From an uncultured Actinomycetes bacterium (GTDB lineage Bacteria; Actinomycetota; JAICYB01): a stretch of DNA of 64,000 nt. The stretch lies in contig CAZFOB010000003.1 in assembly GCA_964520325.1 (NCBI GenBank), positions 154,745 to 218,744 of the forward strand, written 5' to 3'. This document shows, one piece after another, positions 8,473-18,983 of this stretch. The notes under the pieces were generated by a model. It was given only the letters and a program-made list of their open reading frames with translations, was not told the DNA's origin and made no database searches. Every line of letters begins with the position of its first letter. Within the stretch, counting starts at the first letter, position 1. Position numbers and translations under genes: made by a program.

Positions 8473-9794
8473 GCACCGATCCCGAGCATCGAGTGCTTGG
8501 GCAGCGGCGCAACGTTGCCCGCACCGCCGTCGCGCTCGCCGCCGCCGCCCTCCTGATCGCCGTCACCGCGGTGTGGGGCGGCCGGCTCAACACCACCCGC
8601 GCGTTGCGCATTCATGCGGCGCCGCTCTTCGCGTACTGGAAGCCATCGTTGGCTTGGGCGACGGCCGGCGCGATCGTCCTCGCGGCGCTGGTCTGCCTGC
8701 GTGGACCGTCGGTCGCACAACGCGTGCGCTTCACACATCTGCTCCTCATCGCGACGATCGTCACCGCCGCGTGGGGACTGATGCTTGCACTCACCGACGG
8801 ATGGACGGGGGTGACCAGGGGGCCGAGCGGGCCCCACGACTACCTCGCGATCGCCGGCGCTGCCGAGAGTCCCGGAGAGTTCCTCCGAACCTTCGTCGAT
8901 CGCATCGGCTCCTACAACGTGCATGTCCGCGGACATCCGCCGGCCCTCGTCCCGATCCTGTGGTGGTTGGAGCGCATCGGCCTCGGCGGACCGGGGGCGG
9001 CCGCGGCGCTGTTCGTCGCCGGCGGCGTGAGCTCCGTTCCCGCAGTGCTGTTGAGTGTTCGGGCCGTAGCCGGGGAAGCCACCGCCCGGCGCGTCGCTCC
9101 GTTCCTGATCCTTTCGCCCGCCGCCGTGTGGATGGTGACGTCGGCCGACGCACTTTTCCTCGGCGTAAGTGCGTGGGGGGCGACCCTCGTCATCCTTGCG
9201 GCAACGACGGCTGCAACGACGGGCGCAACGACGAAGAACGCCCGCTCGGCGGCCTACGCGACCGCGGGCGGACTTCTGCTCGGGTTCGGACTCTTCCTGT
9301 CTTACGGCTCGGTGCTCGTCGCGCTGATCCCGCTGACCGTGATCGTCTCGAAGCGCCGCTGGAGCGTGCTGATCGCGGCCGGTGCCGGCGGAGCGGCCGT
9401 GATCGCGGGATCTTGGTTGCTGGGGTTCTGGTGGCCGGCCGGGCTCATCGCCACGCGCGCCGAGTACGCCGACGGGATCGCGGCCGTGCGTCCCTATGGG
9501 TATTTCGTGCTGGCCAATCTCGCCGCGTTCGCGATCGTCTGCGGACCTGCCACGGTCGCGGGGATCGCGCGCCTGCTTGATCGGAAGCTGTGGCTCCTGG
9601 TCGGCGCGGGCTTAAGTGTCGTCGTTCTCGCCAACCTGAGCGGGCTCTCGAAGGGCGAGATCGAACGCATCTGGCTTCCGTTCTGGCCGTGGATCGCCTG
9701 TGCCGCGGCCGCACTCGATCGTCCGCGCGTATGGCTCGCGCTGCAAGCCACGACGGCGATCGCGATCGAGACATTCTTCTTCACGCATTGGTGA
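8412..9794 (+). CDS. Large polytopic membrane protein, possible GT-C-type glycosyltransferase
   Basis: 460 aa with >10 TM segments. It sits between GT2/DUF2064 and an NDP-sugar epimerase, so an envelope glycosylation role is inferred from context only. Alternative GTG starts at 8448/8454. Confidence 0.5.
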   Translation: MDLHGGNDRVDEVGVATRTLSTDPEHRVLGQRRNVARTAVALAAAALLIAVTAVWGGRLNTTRALRIHAAPLFAYWKPSLAWATAGAIVLAALVCLRGPSVAQRVRFTHLLLIATIVTAAWGLMLALTDGWTGVTRGPSGPHDYLAIAGAAESPGEFLRTFVDRIGSYNVHVRGHPPALVPILWWLERIGLGGPGAAAALFVAGGVSSVPAVLLSVRAVAGEATARRVAPFLILSPAAVWMVTSADALFLGVSAWGATLVILAATTAATTGATTKNARSAAYATAGGLLLGFGLFLSYGSVLVALIPLTVIVSKRRWSVLIAAGAGGAAVIAGSWLLGFWWPAGLIATRAEYADGIAAVRPYGYFVLANLAAFAIVCGPATVAGIARLLDRKLWLLVGAGLSVVVLANLSGLSKGEIERIWLPFWPWIACAAAALDRPRVWLALQATTAIAIETFFFTHW

Positions 9795-10864
9795 TCGCAG
9801 ACGGCGTCTTTCTCGTGACCGGGGGAGCCGGCTTCATCGGCTCCTTCATCGTCGATGCACTCGTCGAGGCCGGCGCTCACGTCAGAGTGATCGATCGTCT
9901 GCTGCCGCAGGCCCACGCCCGCGCTCCGGGGTACCTCAACGAGGGGGCCGAGTACGTCTACGCCGATCTCAACGACGGCGATGCACTCGAGGGCGCCCTC
10001 GACGGGGTGACCGCCGTGTCGCACCAGGCATCGATGGTCGGACTCGGCACCGACCTCGCCGACATCACCGATTACGTCCACCACAACGACGCCGGGACGG
10101 CGGCGTTGCTCGGCGCCCTGCACCACCGCCGTTTCGACGGACGTCTCGTGCTCGGCTCGAGCATGGTCGTGTACGGCGAGGGTGGCTACGCGTGCGAGAC
10201 GGACGGGCCCGTTCGTCCATCGCCGCGTTCACGGAAGCGTTTGGAAGCCGGACGGTTCGAGCCGACATGTCCGACCTGCGATCGCGAGCTTGTCGCCGAG
10301 CCCGTTGTCGAAACGGCTCTTACCGATCCTCGTAACGTCTACGCGGCGACGAAGCTCCACCAGGAGCATCTGTGCGCAGCGTTTTCGCGCGAGAGCCGGG
10401 CGAGCGTTGTCGCGCTTCGGTACCACAACGTCTACGGCCCCCGGATGCCGCAGAGCACCCCGTACGCGGGGGTTGCGAGCATCTTCCGAAGCGCCATCGA
10501 AGCAGGCCATCCCCCGCGCGTGTTCGAGGACGGCCGACAGATCCGCGATTTCGTCCACGTTACCGACATCGCGGCCGCGAATCTCAAGGCTCTCGATGTG
10601 TCCTCGGCCCCCGGTGTCTACAACATCGCGAGCGGCGATCCGCGAAGCGTCAAAGACATGGCGGATGCGCTGGCGTCGGCTGCACGGAAGGATCTTCCGC
10701 CGATCGTCACCGGGGAGTACCGCCTGGGTGACGTCCGTCACGTGTTCGCGTCCATCGATCGGGCTAGACGCGACCTCGGCTACGTCCCTGGTGTGAGCTT
10801 CGAGGACGGCATCCGCGATTTCGCCGATGCGCCGCTGCGGGAGCCGCCGGAGCCGGCCGTGTGA
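9791..10864 (+). CDS. NAD-dependent epimerase/dehydratase (SDR family, UDP-sugar 4-epimerase-like)
   Basis: FLVTGGAGFIGSFIVDALVEAG Rossmann motif and catalytic YAATK. GTG overlaps the upstream stop (GTGA). Confidence 0.8.
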   Translation: MIADGVFLVTGGAGFIGSFIVDALVEAGAHVRVIDRLLPQAHARAPGYLNEGAEYVYADLNDGDALEGALDGVTAVSHQASMVGLGTDLADITDYVHHNDAGTAALLGALHHRRFDGRLVLGSSMVVYGEGGYACETDGPVRPSPRSRKRLEAGRFEPTCPTCDRELVAEPVVETALTDPRNVYAATKLHQEHLCAAFSRESRASVVALRYHNVYGPRMPQSTPYAGVASIFRSAIEAGHPPRVFEDGRQIRDFVHVTDIAAANLKALDVSSAPGVYNIASGDPRSVKDMADALASAARKDLPPIVTGEYRLGDVRHVFASIDRARRDLGYVPGVSFEDGIRDFADAPLREPPEPAV

Positions 10865-10900
10865 CGTCTTGCAACGGCCGGCTCCGGCGAAACTCGATCC

Positions 10901-12486
<1,586 letters not shown>

Positions 12487-12631
12487 GAGAGGAACCTCCA
12501 GAAGATGTGAACTCGTCCTACGTCCGCGGGTGCGGACGCGCTTGCAGGAACGCTAGCTTCGAGGCGGTGACCGCGAGGTTTTCATCGTCGCAGGTTAGTC
12601 GCTGGACAACGACAGATGGGGAGGAGGTCGG

Positions 12632-13214
12632 ATTGCGCGTCCCGGAGCCGGAAGTGCTCGAGTTCACAGCGGTCAAGCAGTGGGAGCGCTGGCTCGCGAG
12701 GAACCACACGACCATGCCGGACGGCGCGTGGCTCCGATTCTTCAAGAAAGCCTCGGGAAAGCAGACGTTCACGTATGCGGAAGCACTCGAAGTGGCGCTC
12801 TGCTACGGGTGGATCGACGGTCAGGGCAAGTCGGAAGGAACGGAGTCGATGCGGCAGCGATGGCTGCCGCGGCGCGCGAGGAGCTCGTGGTCGAGGATCA
12901 ACACGGCACACGCGCAACGGCTGATCGAGCAGGGACGGATGAGGCCGGCCGGCCTGGCCGAGGTCGAGCGGGCCAAGCAAGACGGCCGGTGGGCGGCGGC
13001 TTACGATCCCCCGTCCACGTCGACGGTTCCGGACGACTTCGCAGCGCTTCTCGCGAAGAACAAGAAGGCAGGCGCGTTCTTCGAAGCGCTCAACAAGCAG
13101 AACAGATACGCGATCCTTCATCGACTGCAGACCGCCAAGAAGCCCGAGACGCGGCAACGGCGCATGAAGACGTTCGTCGAGATGCTGGCGAAAGGCGAGA
13201 AGCTCCACCCCTAA
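12632..13214 (+). CDS. YdeI/OmpD-associated family (DUF1801-like) protein
   Basis: ...AWLRFFKKASGKQTFTYAEALEVALCYGWIDGQ...NRYAILHRLQTAKKPETRQRRMKTFVEMLAKGEK. Start uncertain (TTG 12632 after GGAGG), because the upstream part of the six-frame ORF overlaps amt. Confidence 0.5.
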
Positions 13215-13294
13215 GACAGATCCGGGCTTACCTGCTCCGGCTGGTCTGTTTGCCCCGAACAGCGACAGACTGAGTGTCGAGCGAGGGAGATCGG

Positions 13295-14836
13295 ATGTAT
13301 CCAGGCGAGTACGCACATCAGCACCCGGACAAGCCCGTCTTCATCATGGCCAACTCCGGTGAGGTCATCACCTACGGTGAGTACGAAGAGCGGTGCAATC
13401 GGCTCGCGCATCTGTTCCGCGACATGGGGCTCGCGCGCGGCGACCACGTTGCCTTCTTCATGGAGAACAACCCGAGGATGCTCGAGGCCGAAGGTGCGGC
13501 CGAGCGGTCGGGTCTGTACTACACGTGCATCAACTCCTACTTGGCCCCCGATGAGGTCGCCTACATCGTCAACGACTGCCAGGCGAAGGTCGTGATCAGC
13601 TCGGGGGCCAAGCGAAGCACCGCGACGGAACTCGTAGCGAACGCACCGAACGTGCAGCGGTTCCTGATGGTGGACGACACCGCACCGGGCTGGGAGAGCT
13701 ACGAGAAGGCCGTCGAGGGATACGGCAGCGACCCGATCGGCGACGAGCAGCTCGGCGCTGCGATGCTGTATTCGTCCGGAACGACGGGACAGCCGAAAGG
13801 CATCCTGCGACCACTGCCGGAGTCGCCGCCGGGCGAGAGCTTGCTCGTCATGATGTTCGTGAAGGGTCTCTTCGGTTTCCGGGAAGAACAGACCTATCTT
13901 TCACCAGCGCCGTTGTACCACTCGGCCCCCCAGGCGAGCGTCTCCGGCACCGTCCGGCTCGGTGGGACGGCGGTGATCATGGAGCGCTTCGATCCCGAGG
14001 AGTGGCTCAGGCTTGTCGAGCTGCACAAGATCACGCACTGCCAGATGGTCCCGACGATGTTCTCCCGTCTGCTCAAGCTTCCCGAAGCAACGCGTCAGCG
14101 CTACGACCTTTCCTCGCTCGAGTGCATCGTCCACGCGGCGGCGCCGTGTCCTGTTCCGGTGAAGGAAGCGATGATCTCGTGGCTCGGCCCGATCATCCTC
14201 GAGTACTACGCAGCAACCGAAGCTCACGGGGCCACACTCGTCGGCTCCGACGATTGGTTGACGCATAAGGGCACGGTCGGCCGTCCTGTCCTCGGCGAGC
14301 TGGTCATCGCCGACGACGACATGAAGCCGTGCCCGGTGGGGTCGTCCGGCACGGTGTGGTTCCGCGGCGCGACGAACTTCGAGTACTTCAACGCACCGGA
14401 GAAGACTGCGGAAACGCGCGTCGAGGACGGCACGATGAGCACCGTCGGTGACGTCGGCTACGTCGACGATGAGGGATTCCTCTATCTCACCGACCGCAAG
14501 ACCTACATGATCATCTCGGGAGGCGTGAACATCTATCCGCAGGAGACCGAGAACCTGCTCATCACACACCCCAAGGTGATGGACGCCGCTGTGTTCGGCG
14601 TACCGAACGACGATCTCGGCGAAGAGGTGAAGGCCGTCGTCCAGGTCGTCGTTGGCGTCGAGCCGGGGGCCGAGCTCGAACGGGAGCTCATCGCGTTCTG
14701 CCGCGAGCACCTCGCGCACTTCAAGGCTCCACGGACCGTCGACTTCGAAGCCGAGCTGCCGCGGCTGCCGACGGGCAAGCTCTACAAGCGGATCCTGCGC
14801 GACAAGTACTGGCAGGATCGCGACACGCGGATCTGA
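13295..14836 (+). CDS. Acyl-CoA synthetase (AMP-dependent synthetase/ligase, FadD-like)
   Basis: AMP-binding signature YSSGTTGQPKG and C-terminal ...GKLYKRILRD. RBS GAGGGAGA upstream of ATG 13295. Confidence 0.8.
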   Translation: MYPGEYAHQHPDKPVFIMANSGEVITYGEYEERCNRLAHLFRDMGLARGDHVAFFMENNPRMLEAEGAAERSGLYYTCINSYLAPDEVAYIVNDCQAKVVISSGAKRSTATELVANAPNVQRFLMVDDTAPGWESYEKAVEGYGSDPIGDEQLGAAMLYSSGTTGQPKGILRPLPESPPGESLLVMMFVKGLFGFREEQTYLSPAPLYHSAPQASVSGTVRLGGTAVIMERFDPEEWLRLVELHKITHCQMVPTMFSRLLKLPEATRQRYDLSSLECIVHAAAPCPVPVKEAMISWLGPIILEYYAATEAHGATLVGSDDWLTHKGTVGRPVLGELVIADDDMKPCPVGSSGTVWFRGATNFEYFNAPEKTAETRVEDGTMSTVGDVGYVDDEGFLYLTDRKTYMIISGGVNIYPQETENLLITHPKVMDAAVFGVPNDDLGEEVKAVVQVVVGVEPGAELERELIAFCREHLAHFKAPRTVDFEAELPRLPTGKLYKRILRDKYWQDRDTRI

Positions 14837-15705
14837 TGGCAGGCCTCAGCAAGAACCTGAGAGAGCCGGAGGAGGTGATCTCCTTCCCGAGTGCGCGTTA
14901 TGAGATCGTCGACCTCGGAGACCACACCGTCGCGTACGGCCGCCTCGAGCCAGGCTGGAGATGGTCCACCCACGTGCGTCCGGAGGTCGGCGGGCAGTGG
15001 TGCCAAGCCCACCATGTCGGCGTCATCCTCAAAGGCCGCATGGGGATCGTCTTCGTGGACGGATCGACGATGGAGGTCGGGCCTCTTGAGTGCTACGACA
15101 TCCCTCCCGGGCACGACGGCTACGTGATCGGTCACGAACCGGTCGAGTCGATCGAGTGGTCGGGGGCCCGGGCATGGGGAGGTTTCCGGTCGGGGACGTC
15201 CGGACGGATGCTCGTCACGCTGCTCATCACCGACCTCGTCGACTCGACGCCTACGGCTGCGAAGCTCGGCGATGCCGCATGGCGCGACCTTTCGTCAAGG
15301 CACTTCTCCGCGAGCCGCGACCGGCTCGACCGCTTCGGTGGACGGGAGGTGAAGACGACGGGCGACGGGATGATCGCGACCTTCGACGCGACGGCCAACG
15401 CGATCCGCTGCGCCGACGAGATCCTCCGTGTAGCGCGTGGTTTGGGAGTCGCCGCCCGGGCCGGTGTGCACGTCGGCGAGGTCGACTTCGTCGGGAACGA
15501 CGTCCGCGGCGTCGCCGTTCACGAGGCCGAGCGCATCGCCCAGATCGCCGGCGCCGACGAGGTGTTCGTGTCCGAGACGACACGCGTGCTCGCCATGACG
15601 GCCGGGCTCTCTTTCGACGACCGGGGGATGCATGCTCTCAAAGGCCTCGAAGGAGAGCGGAGGATCTTCGCCTACACGCGCGGATCCGCACCCGCGCCGA
15701 CGTGA
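14836..15705 (+). CDS. Cupin-domain / class III adenylate (guanylate) cyclase fusion
   Basis: N-terminal approx 115 aa is cupin-like. C-terminal block ...LITDLVDSTP...KTTGDGMIATF...GVHVGEV... is the class III nucleotidyl cyclase catalytic core. ATG overlaps the upstream stop (TGATG). Confidence 0.7.
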   Translation: MAGLSKNLREPEEVISFPSARYEIVDLGDHTVAYGRLEPGWRWSTHVRPEVGGQWCQAHHVGVILKGRMGIVFVDGSTMEVGPLECYDIPPGHDGYVIGHEPVESIEWSGARAWGGFRSGTSGRMLVTLLITDLVDSTPTAAKLGDAAWRDLSSRHFSASRDRLDRFGGREVKTTGDGMIATFDATANAIRCADEILRVARGLGVAARAGVHVGEVDFVGNDVRGVAVHEAERIAQIAGADEVFVSETTRVLAMTAGLSFDDRGMHALKGLEGERRIFAYTRGSAPAPT

Positions 15706-17396
15706 GCCGGACCAAGCCACTTATCGTCGCCGTCGACGACGACCCCTCGGCGCTCTCGCACATAAGCGTCGAGCTCCAGCGCCGGTACGACCGCGACTAC
15801 GAGATCGTCTACGAGACCTCGGCGCTCGCCGCGCTCGAGAAGGTCGAGCGGGCGCCGGATCGAGTCGCCATCGTGCTCGCCGATCAGTGGATGCCCGAGC
15901 TGACGGGAACGGAGCTTCTCGGGCGTGTCCGGGACCTCAGCCCCCGGACGAAGCGAGCGCTGCTCATCCGCTGGGGAGACTGGGGGGACGAACGCACGAC
16001 TGCGGCCGTCCGGGATGCCATCGGGACGGGCTCCATCGATTACTACCTGCTCAAACCGTGGAAGTCGCCGGACGAGCTCTTCCACCGTTCGATCACCGAG
16101 TACCTCTTCGAGTGGTCGCGCGCCGCCGGCACGACGTTCGAGGTGACGCTCGTATCCGATCGCTCGTCCGTGCGGGGCCACGAGCTCCGCGACCTCTTGA
16201 CGCGGAACGGCGTTCCGCATATCTACTACCCGTCGTCCTCCGCCGAAGGACAGGACGTGCTCGCTCGAGTCGGACGCACAGAAACGACCGTCCCCGTCGT
16301 CGAGCTGCTCGGGGGACGCGTGCTAGACGATCCGACGAACGGCGAGCTTGCCAACGCGCACGGCGTCGCGACCGACCTCATCGACGACACCGAGTTCGAC
16401 GTGGCGATAGTCGGCGCCGGACCGGGAGGGATGGCGGCGGCGGTCTACGCGTCGTCCGAGGGCTTGAGATCGATCGTCATAGAGAGCCACGCGATCGGAG
16501 GTCAGGCCGGGTCGAGCTCGATGATCCGTAACTATCTGGGCTTTGCCCGGGGTATCGGTGGCGCCGACCTGATGCAGCGTGCATACCAGCAGGCGTGGGT
16601 GTTCGGGACGCGGTTCCTCATGACCCGCGCCGTCACCGGCTTGCGTTGCGGGGACGACGCCCACGAGCTTCTTGTCGGCTCGGATGTGATCCGAGCATCG
16701 AGCGTCGTCCTCGCGATGGGGGTCGACTACCGGAAGCTCGATATCCCTGCGGTCGAAAGGCTCCGCGGGAGCGGCGTCTACTACGGTGCGTCCCCCGCCG
16801 AGGGGCCCCTCGTGAAGGACGGCCGCGCTTTCGTCGTGGGCGCGGGGAACTCGGCCGGGCAAGCCGCGGTCCATCTCGCGAAGTACGCGGCCGAAGTCTT
16901 GATCGTCGTCCGCGGCGCGAGACTCCAGGCGAGCATGTCTGCTTACTTGATCGATGAGATCGAAGCGTCGGCGAACATCCGCGTGCTCGCGGAGACCCAG
17001 GTTGTCGATGCGGCAGGGGAGATGAGCCTCGAAGCGATCACGCTCGAGAACGCGTCGGGAGATAGGACGGAGACAGAAGCGGACGGACTGTTCGTGATGA
17101 TCGGCGCGAAGCCGCACACGGAGTGGTTGCCGCCGGAGGTGGCCAGGGATCAGCACGGATTCGTCGTGACCGGCGGCGACCTCGTGCACGACGAGCTACT
17201 CGCAGACTGGGTGCTCGCGCGTCCGCCCTACGGGTTCGAGACGACGTTCCCCGGCGTCTTCGCTGTCGGAGATGTGCGATCCCGCTCGGTCAAGCGCGTC
17301 GCGTCCGCCGTGGGAGAGGGTTCGGCGGCGATCCAGCTCGTGCATCGATTCTTGGAGCAGCGCGAGCAGTGGCCGGCGACGCGCCGGACGCTGTAG
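15702..17396 (+). CDS. Response-regulator receiver domain fused to a thioredoxin-reductase-like FAD/NAD(P) oxidoreductase lacking the CxxC redox motif
   Basis: Receiver: LIVAVDDDP...IVLADQWMPELTG...YYLLKPW. Flavoprotein: VAIVGAGPGGMAAAVY...GQ..., a second Rossmann GAGNSAGQ, and C-terminal GVFAVGDV. Where TrxR has CATCDG this protein has YYGASPAEG. GTG overlaps the cyclase stop (GTGA). Confidence 0.7.
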   Translation: MSRTKPLIVAVDDDPSALSHISVELQRRYDRDYEIVYETSALAALEKVERAPDRVAIVLADQWMPELTGTELLGRVRDLSPRTKRALLIRWGDWGDERTTAAVRDAIGTGSIDYYLLKPWKSPDELFHRSITEYLFEWSRAAGTTFEVTLVSDRSSVRGHELRDLLTRNGVPHIYYPSSSAEGQDVLARVGRTETTVPVVELLGGRVLDDPTNGELANAHGVATDLIDDTEFDVAIVGAGPGGMAAAVYASSEGLRSIVIESHAIGGQAGSSSMIRNYLGFARGIGGADLMQRAYQQAWVFGTRFLMTRAVTGLRCGDDAHELLVGSDVIRASSVVLAMGVDYRKLDIPAVERLRGSGVYYGASPAEGPLVKDGRAFVVGAGNSAGQAAVHLAKYAAEVLIVVRGARLQASMSAYLIDEIEASANIRVLAETQVVDAAGEMSLEAITLENASGDRTETEADGLFVMIGAKPHTEWLPPEVARDQHGFVVTGGDLVHDELLADWVLARPPYGFETTFPGVFAVGDVRSRSVKRVASAVGEGSAAIQLVHRFLEQREQWPATRRTL

Positions 17397-17424
17397 TAAT
17401 CACCTTCAACCATCGAGGAGAGGC

Positions 17425-18204
17425 ATGAGCGACTACACGCTGGTGCAGAGGCAAGATCACGTGCTCGAAGTTACGATCAACCGGCCCGAGGTGATGAACG
17501 CCTTGCATCCGGCGGCCAACCGCGAGCTCGCCGAGATCTGGGACGAGTTCCAGAACGACGCGGACCTCTGGGTCGGGATCATCACGGGGGCCGGGGACCG
17601 CGCATTCTCGGCGGGCAACGATCTCAAGCATCAAGCCTCCGGCGGTGACATGAGCGGGCAGCCCGCTTCGGGCTTCGCCGGCTTGACGTCCCGCTTCGAT
17701 CTCGACAAGCCGGTCATCGCCGCGGTGAACGGAGTCGCGATGGGCGGCGGGTTCGAGATCGCTCTCGCCTGCGACATCATCGTCGCGTCGGATCAAGCCA
17801 CGTTCGCGTTACCCGAGCCACGCGTCGGCTTGGCGGCACTCGCGGGCGGGATGCAACGCCTGCCGCGCATGATCCCTCTCAAACACGCGATGGGCATGAT
17901 CCTCACCGGACGCCGGGTGCCGGCGGCCGAAGGCAAGGAGCTCGGGTTCGTTACCGACGTCGTCTCGCATGCAGCGCTGATGGATCGCGCGCGTTGGTGG
18001 GCTGCGCAGATCCTCGAGTGCTCGCCGGCCTCGGTTCGCGCGAGCAAGCAGACGGTGATGCGCAGTCTCGACATCACCGGGCTCGAGGAGTCGATGAAGC
18101 TTGGTCAGTATCCCGCGATCGGTGATCTCTTGCGCAGCGAGGACTTCATCGAAGGACCGCTTGCGTTCGCACAGAAGCGGGCTCCGCAGTGGAAGGGCAC
18201 GTAG
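17425..18204 (+). CDS. Enoyl-CoA hydratase/isomerase (crotonase family)
   Basis: ...LEVTINRPEVMNALHP...AGNDLKH...AAVNGVAMGGGFEIALACD. RBS GAGGAGAGG precedes ATG 17425. The longer ORF from 17272 is an artefact. Confidence 0.85.
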   Translation: MSDYTLVQRQDHVLEVTINRPEVMNALHPAANRELAEIWDEFQNDADLWVGIITGAGDRAFSAGNDLKHQASGGDMSGQPASGFAGLTSRFDLDKPVIAAVNGVAMGGGFEIALACDIIVASDQATFALPEPRVGLAALAGGMQRLPRMIPLKHAMGMILTGRRVPAAEGKELGFVTDVVSHAALMDRARWWAAQILECSPASVRASKQTVMRSLDITGLEESMKLGQYPAIGDLLRSEDFIEGPLAFAQKRAPQWKGT

Positions 18205-18243
18205 CCGCCGACGGCTTGCGTTGACTCCGAAACTTCGTGAGAG

Positions 18244-18414
18244 GTGGAGCAGCTCCACGATCGCTGTTGCGGGATCGATGTGCATCAAGCCGAACTCACG
18301 GCGTGCGTTCGCATCGCCGAGGGCAAGCGGTGGAGCGAGCATGTGCAGGCTTTCGGCACGACCACTGGTTGTGATCGCGGCGCAGGCCGGTCAGCGGTCG
18401 GAAGCCGTCAGTAG
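18244..18414 (+). pseudogene. Remnant of an IS110-family transposase N-terminus (56 codons, truncated)
   Basis: Translation VEQLHDRCCGIDVHQAELTACVRIAEGKRWSEHVQAFGTTTGCDR... resembles the IS110 DEDD-transposase N-terminal block (GIDV-K--L-VCV... rfgtt). It ends at TAG with no downstream continuation in any frame. Confidence 0.4.
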
Positions 18415-18569
18415 CCGTTGTCGGCCTTTCGGCCGGTCAGGGCGCGGTTTCGCACACTCACCAGGATGAACGTGAACGGCCGATAGGGGGTAGTTTCGGG
18501 GGCATCTTTCCCCGGGTCACGCCACCGGGGGCACGCACGCGGCCGATCGGAAAAGGGCTTGCGGGCGAT

Positions 18570-18760
18570 CTTCACGCGTTGCTAAGGTCAGGCGACGAGA
18601 GCGACGGTGCGAGGAAGCCGGTGAGAGTCCGGCGCGGTCGCGCCACTGTGACCGGGGAGCCAGTTCCCGAAAGCCACTGCCCGAAGGGCGGGAAGGTGCG
18701 GTGATCCGGAAGCCAGGAGACTTGGGCCGTCGCTGGAGCCCCGGACGGGACGCGTAATCT
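18570..18760 (+). ncRNA. Cobalamin (B12) riboswitch
   Basis: Contains ...GGTGCGAGGAAGCCGGTGAGAGTCCGGCGCGGTCGCGCCACTGTGACCGGGGAGC... and the B12 box AAGCCAGGAGACTTGGGCC, immediately upstream of the RBS GAGGAGG and the cbtB ATG at 18774. Confidence 0.75.
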
Positions 18761-18773
18761 CGAGGAGGTCAGC

Positions 18774-18971
18774 ATGTCGAACGCCGCACTCGCTCCCCGT
18801 ATCGCCACGTACGCCCCGTCGATCTCGCTGCGCGAGCTCTGGCCGTGGGTCGTGTTCGTGGCTTCCCTTCTCGTAGTGATGCTGTACTTCGTCGGCTCGT
18901 TCCAGGGGTTGGCTTGGCTGCACGAATTCGTACACGACGGCCGTCATCTGCTCGGCTTCCCCTGCCACTGA
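18774..18971 (+). CDS. cbtB: Cobalt transporter small subunit CbtB
   Basis: 65 aa with a single TM and C-terminal HEFVHDGRHLLGFPCH, the conserved CbtB histidine-rich tail. Confidence 0.7.
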   Translation: MSNAALAPRIATYAPSISLRELWPWVVFVASLLVVMLYFVGSFQGLAWLHEFVHDGRHLLGFPCH

Positions 18972-18983
18972 GGCAGTTTCGCC

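Noticed and set aside
12487-12620. Possible GlnR-type box (GTGAAC ... GGAACG) in the amt promoter region
   Set aside because: The half-site spacing (about 30 nt) does not fit the described gTnAc-n6-GaAAc architecture. A motif scan is needed.
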